This document shows, piece by piece, positions 42,228-42,578 of a stretch of 42,578 bases of DNA. This stretch comes from a virus. Lineage: Duplodnaviria; Caudoviricetes. The stretch's first letter is position 1; each line of letters begins with the position of its first letter. The position numbers were made by a program, and so were the translations under genes. The stretch spans positions 1-42,578 of the IMG/VR virus record IMGVR_UViG_3300032226_000526, one strand, 5' to 3'. Below the pieces are notes generated by a model that saw only the letters and a program-made list of their open reading frames with translations, was not told the origin of the DNA and did not search any database.

Positions 42228-42578
42228 TTATACATCCCCTGTGTTTGTTGATGGGAACGCGCGAGTGGGTACGTTTGTGCCGGGCCAAATAATACGTACG
42301 GCGCCGCCACCACCCTGGCCTGGATTTGGAGCTGCCTGCCCGGCTCCACCACCGTAAGCTCCACCGGAGTTATAACCTCCGGTTGCGCCACCAGATCCGC
42401 CTCCGCCACCATTTCCTGATGAACTAGGAGCGCCAGAAGTGCCGCCTGCACCGCTAGTGCCCTGACCCAAGATGCCAACGCCGCCGCCGCCAGCACTGCC
42501 ATTGCCGCCGCCACCACCACCACCGCCGCCACCTAAACCCGCAGATCCGTTAGAAGTTGAGTTTACCGCGCCAAGCCC
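42228..42578 (-). CDS. glycine-rich tail fibre-like protein, C-terminal part (5' truncated by window)
   Basis: Frame open to the window edge; poly-Gly repeats ending GGGAVRIIWPG..RAFPSTN. Confidence 0.75.
   Translation of the reverse strand, partial: GLGAVNSTSNGSAGLGGGGGGGGGGNGSAGGGGVGILGQGTSGAGGTSGAPSSSGNGGGGGSGGATGGYNSGGAYGGGAGQAAPNPGQGGGGAVRIIWPGTNVPTRAFPSTNTGDV

Noticed and set aside
42224-42532. 102-aa Ala/Val-rich ORF and (CCG/CCA)n repeats as separate features
   Set aside because: Alternative frame and codon repeats of the poly-Gly fibre gene
1-42578. Stop-codon reassignment or alternative genetic code
   Set aside because: All long genes are intact in code 11, and TAA, TAG and TGA are all used as stops

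Overview
A 42.6 kb piece of a tailed dsDNA bacteriophage genome, probably podovirus-like and infecting a Gram-negative host. It has two convergent arms that meet with no gap at 23039/23040. The + arm carries small early genes, a sigma70-like factor lacking region 4, a probable replication origin, a primase-helicase, a GT2 glycosyltransferase, VRR-NUC, an HNH nuclease and an SNF2 helicase. It continues with an acyl carrier protein plus beta-ketoacyl synthase pair, a small terminase-like gene, DUF2800 nuclease, DUF2815 SSB, class II ribonucleotide reductase and family A DNA polymerase. The - arm carries the end of a Gly-rich fibre gene, a lysis module (holin, M15 peptidase, GH24 lysozyme), tail and adaptor genes and several large internal virion (ejection) proteins. 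Major capsid, portal, large terminase and integrase genes were not seen. Top findings: (1) about 20 copies of an [A/K]xGG peptide motif that separates effector-like modules (ADP-ribosyltransferase-like, zincin-like, glycosylase-like) in late proteins, suggesting a processed virion-cargo polyprotein system; (2) a phage ACP-ketosynthase cassette; (3) an 81-nt tmRNA reduced to its tRNA-like domain; (4) a 12-bp motif, TTTGCATTAGTA, in 10 copies co-oriented with transcription, which may be read by the truncated sigma factor; (5) several structured leader RNAs. All family assignments come from motif recognition by eye, not database searches.
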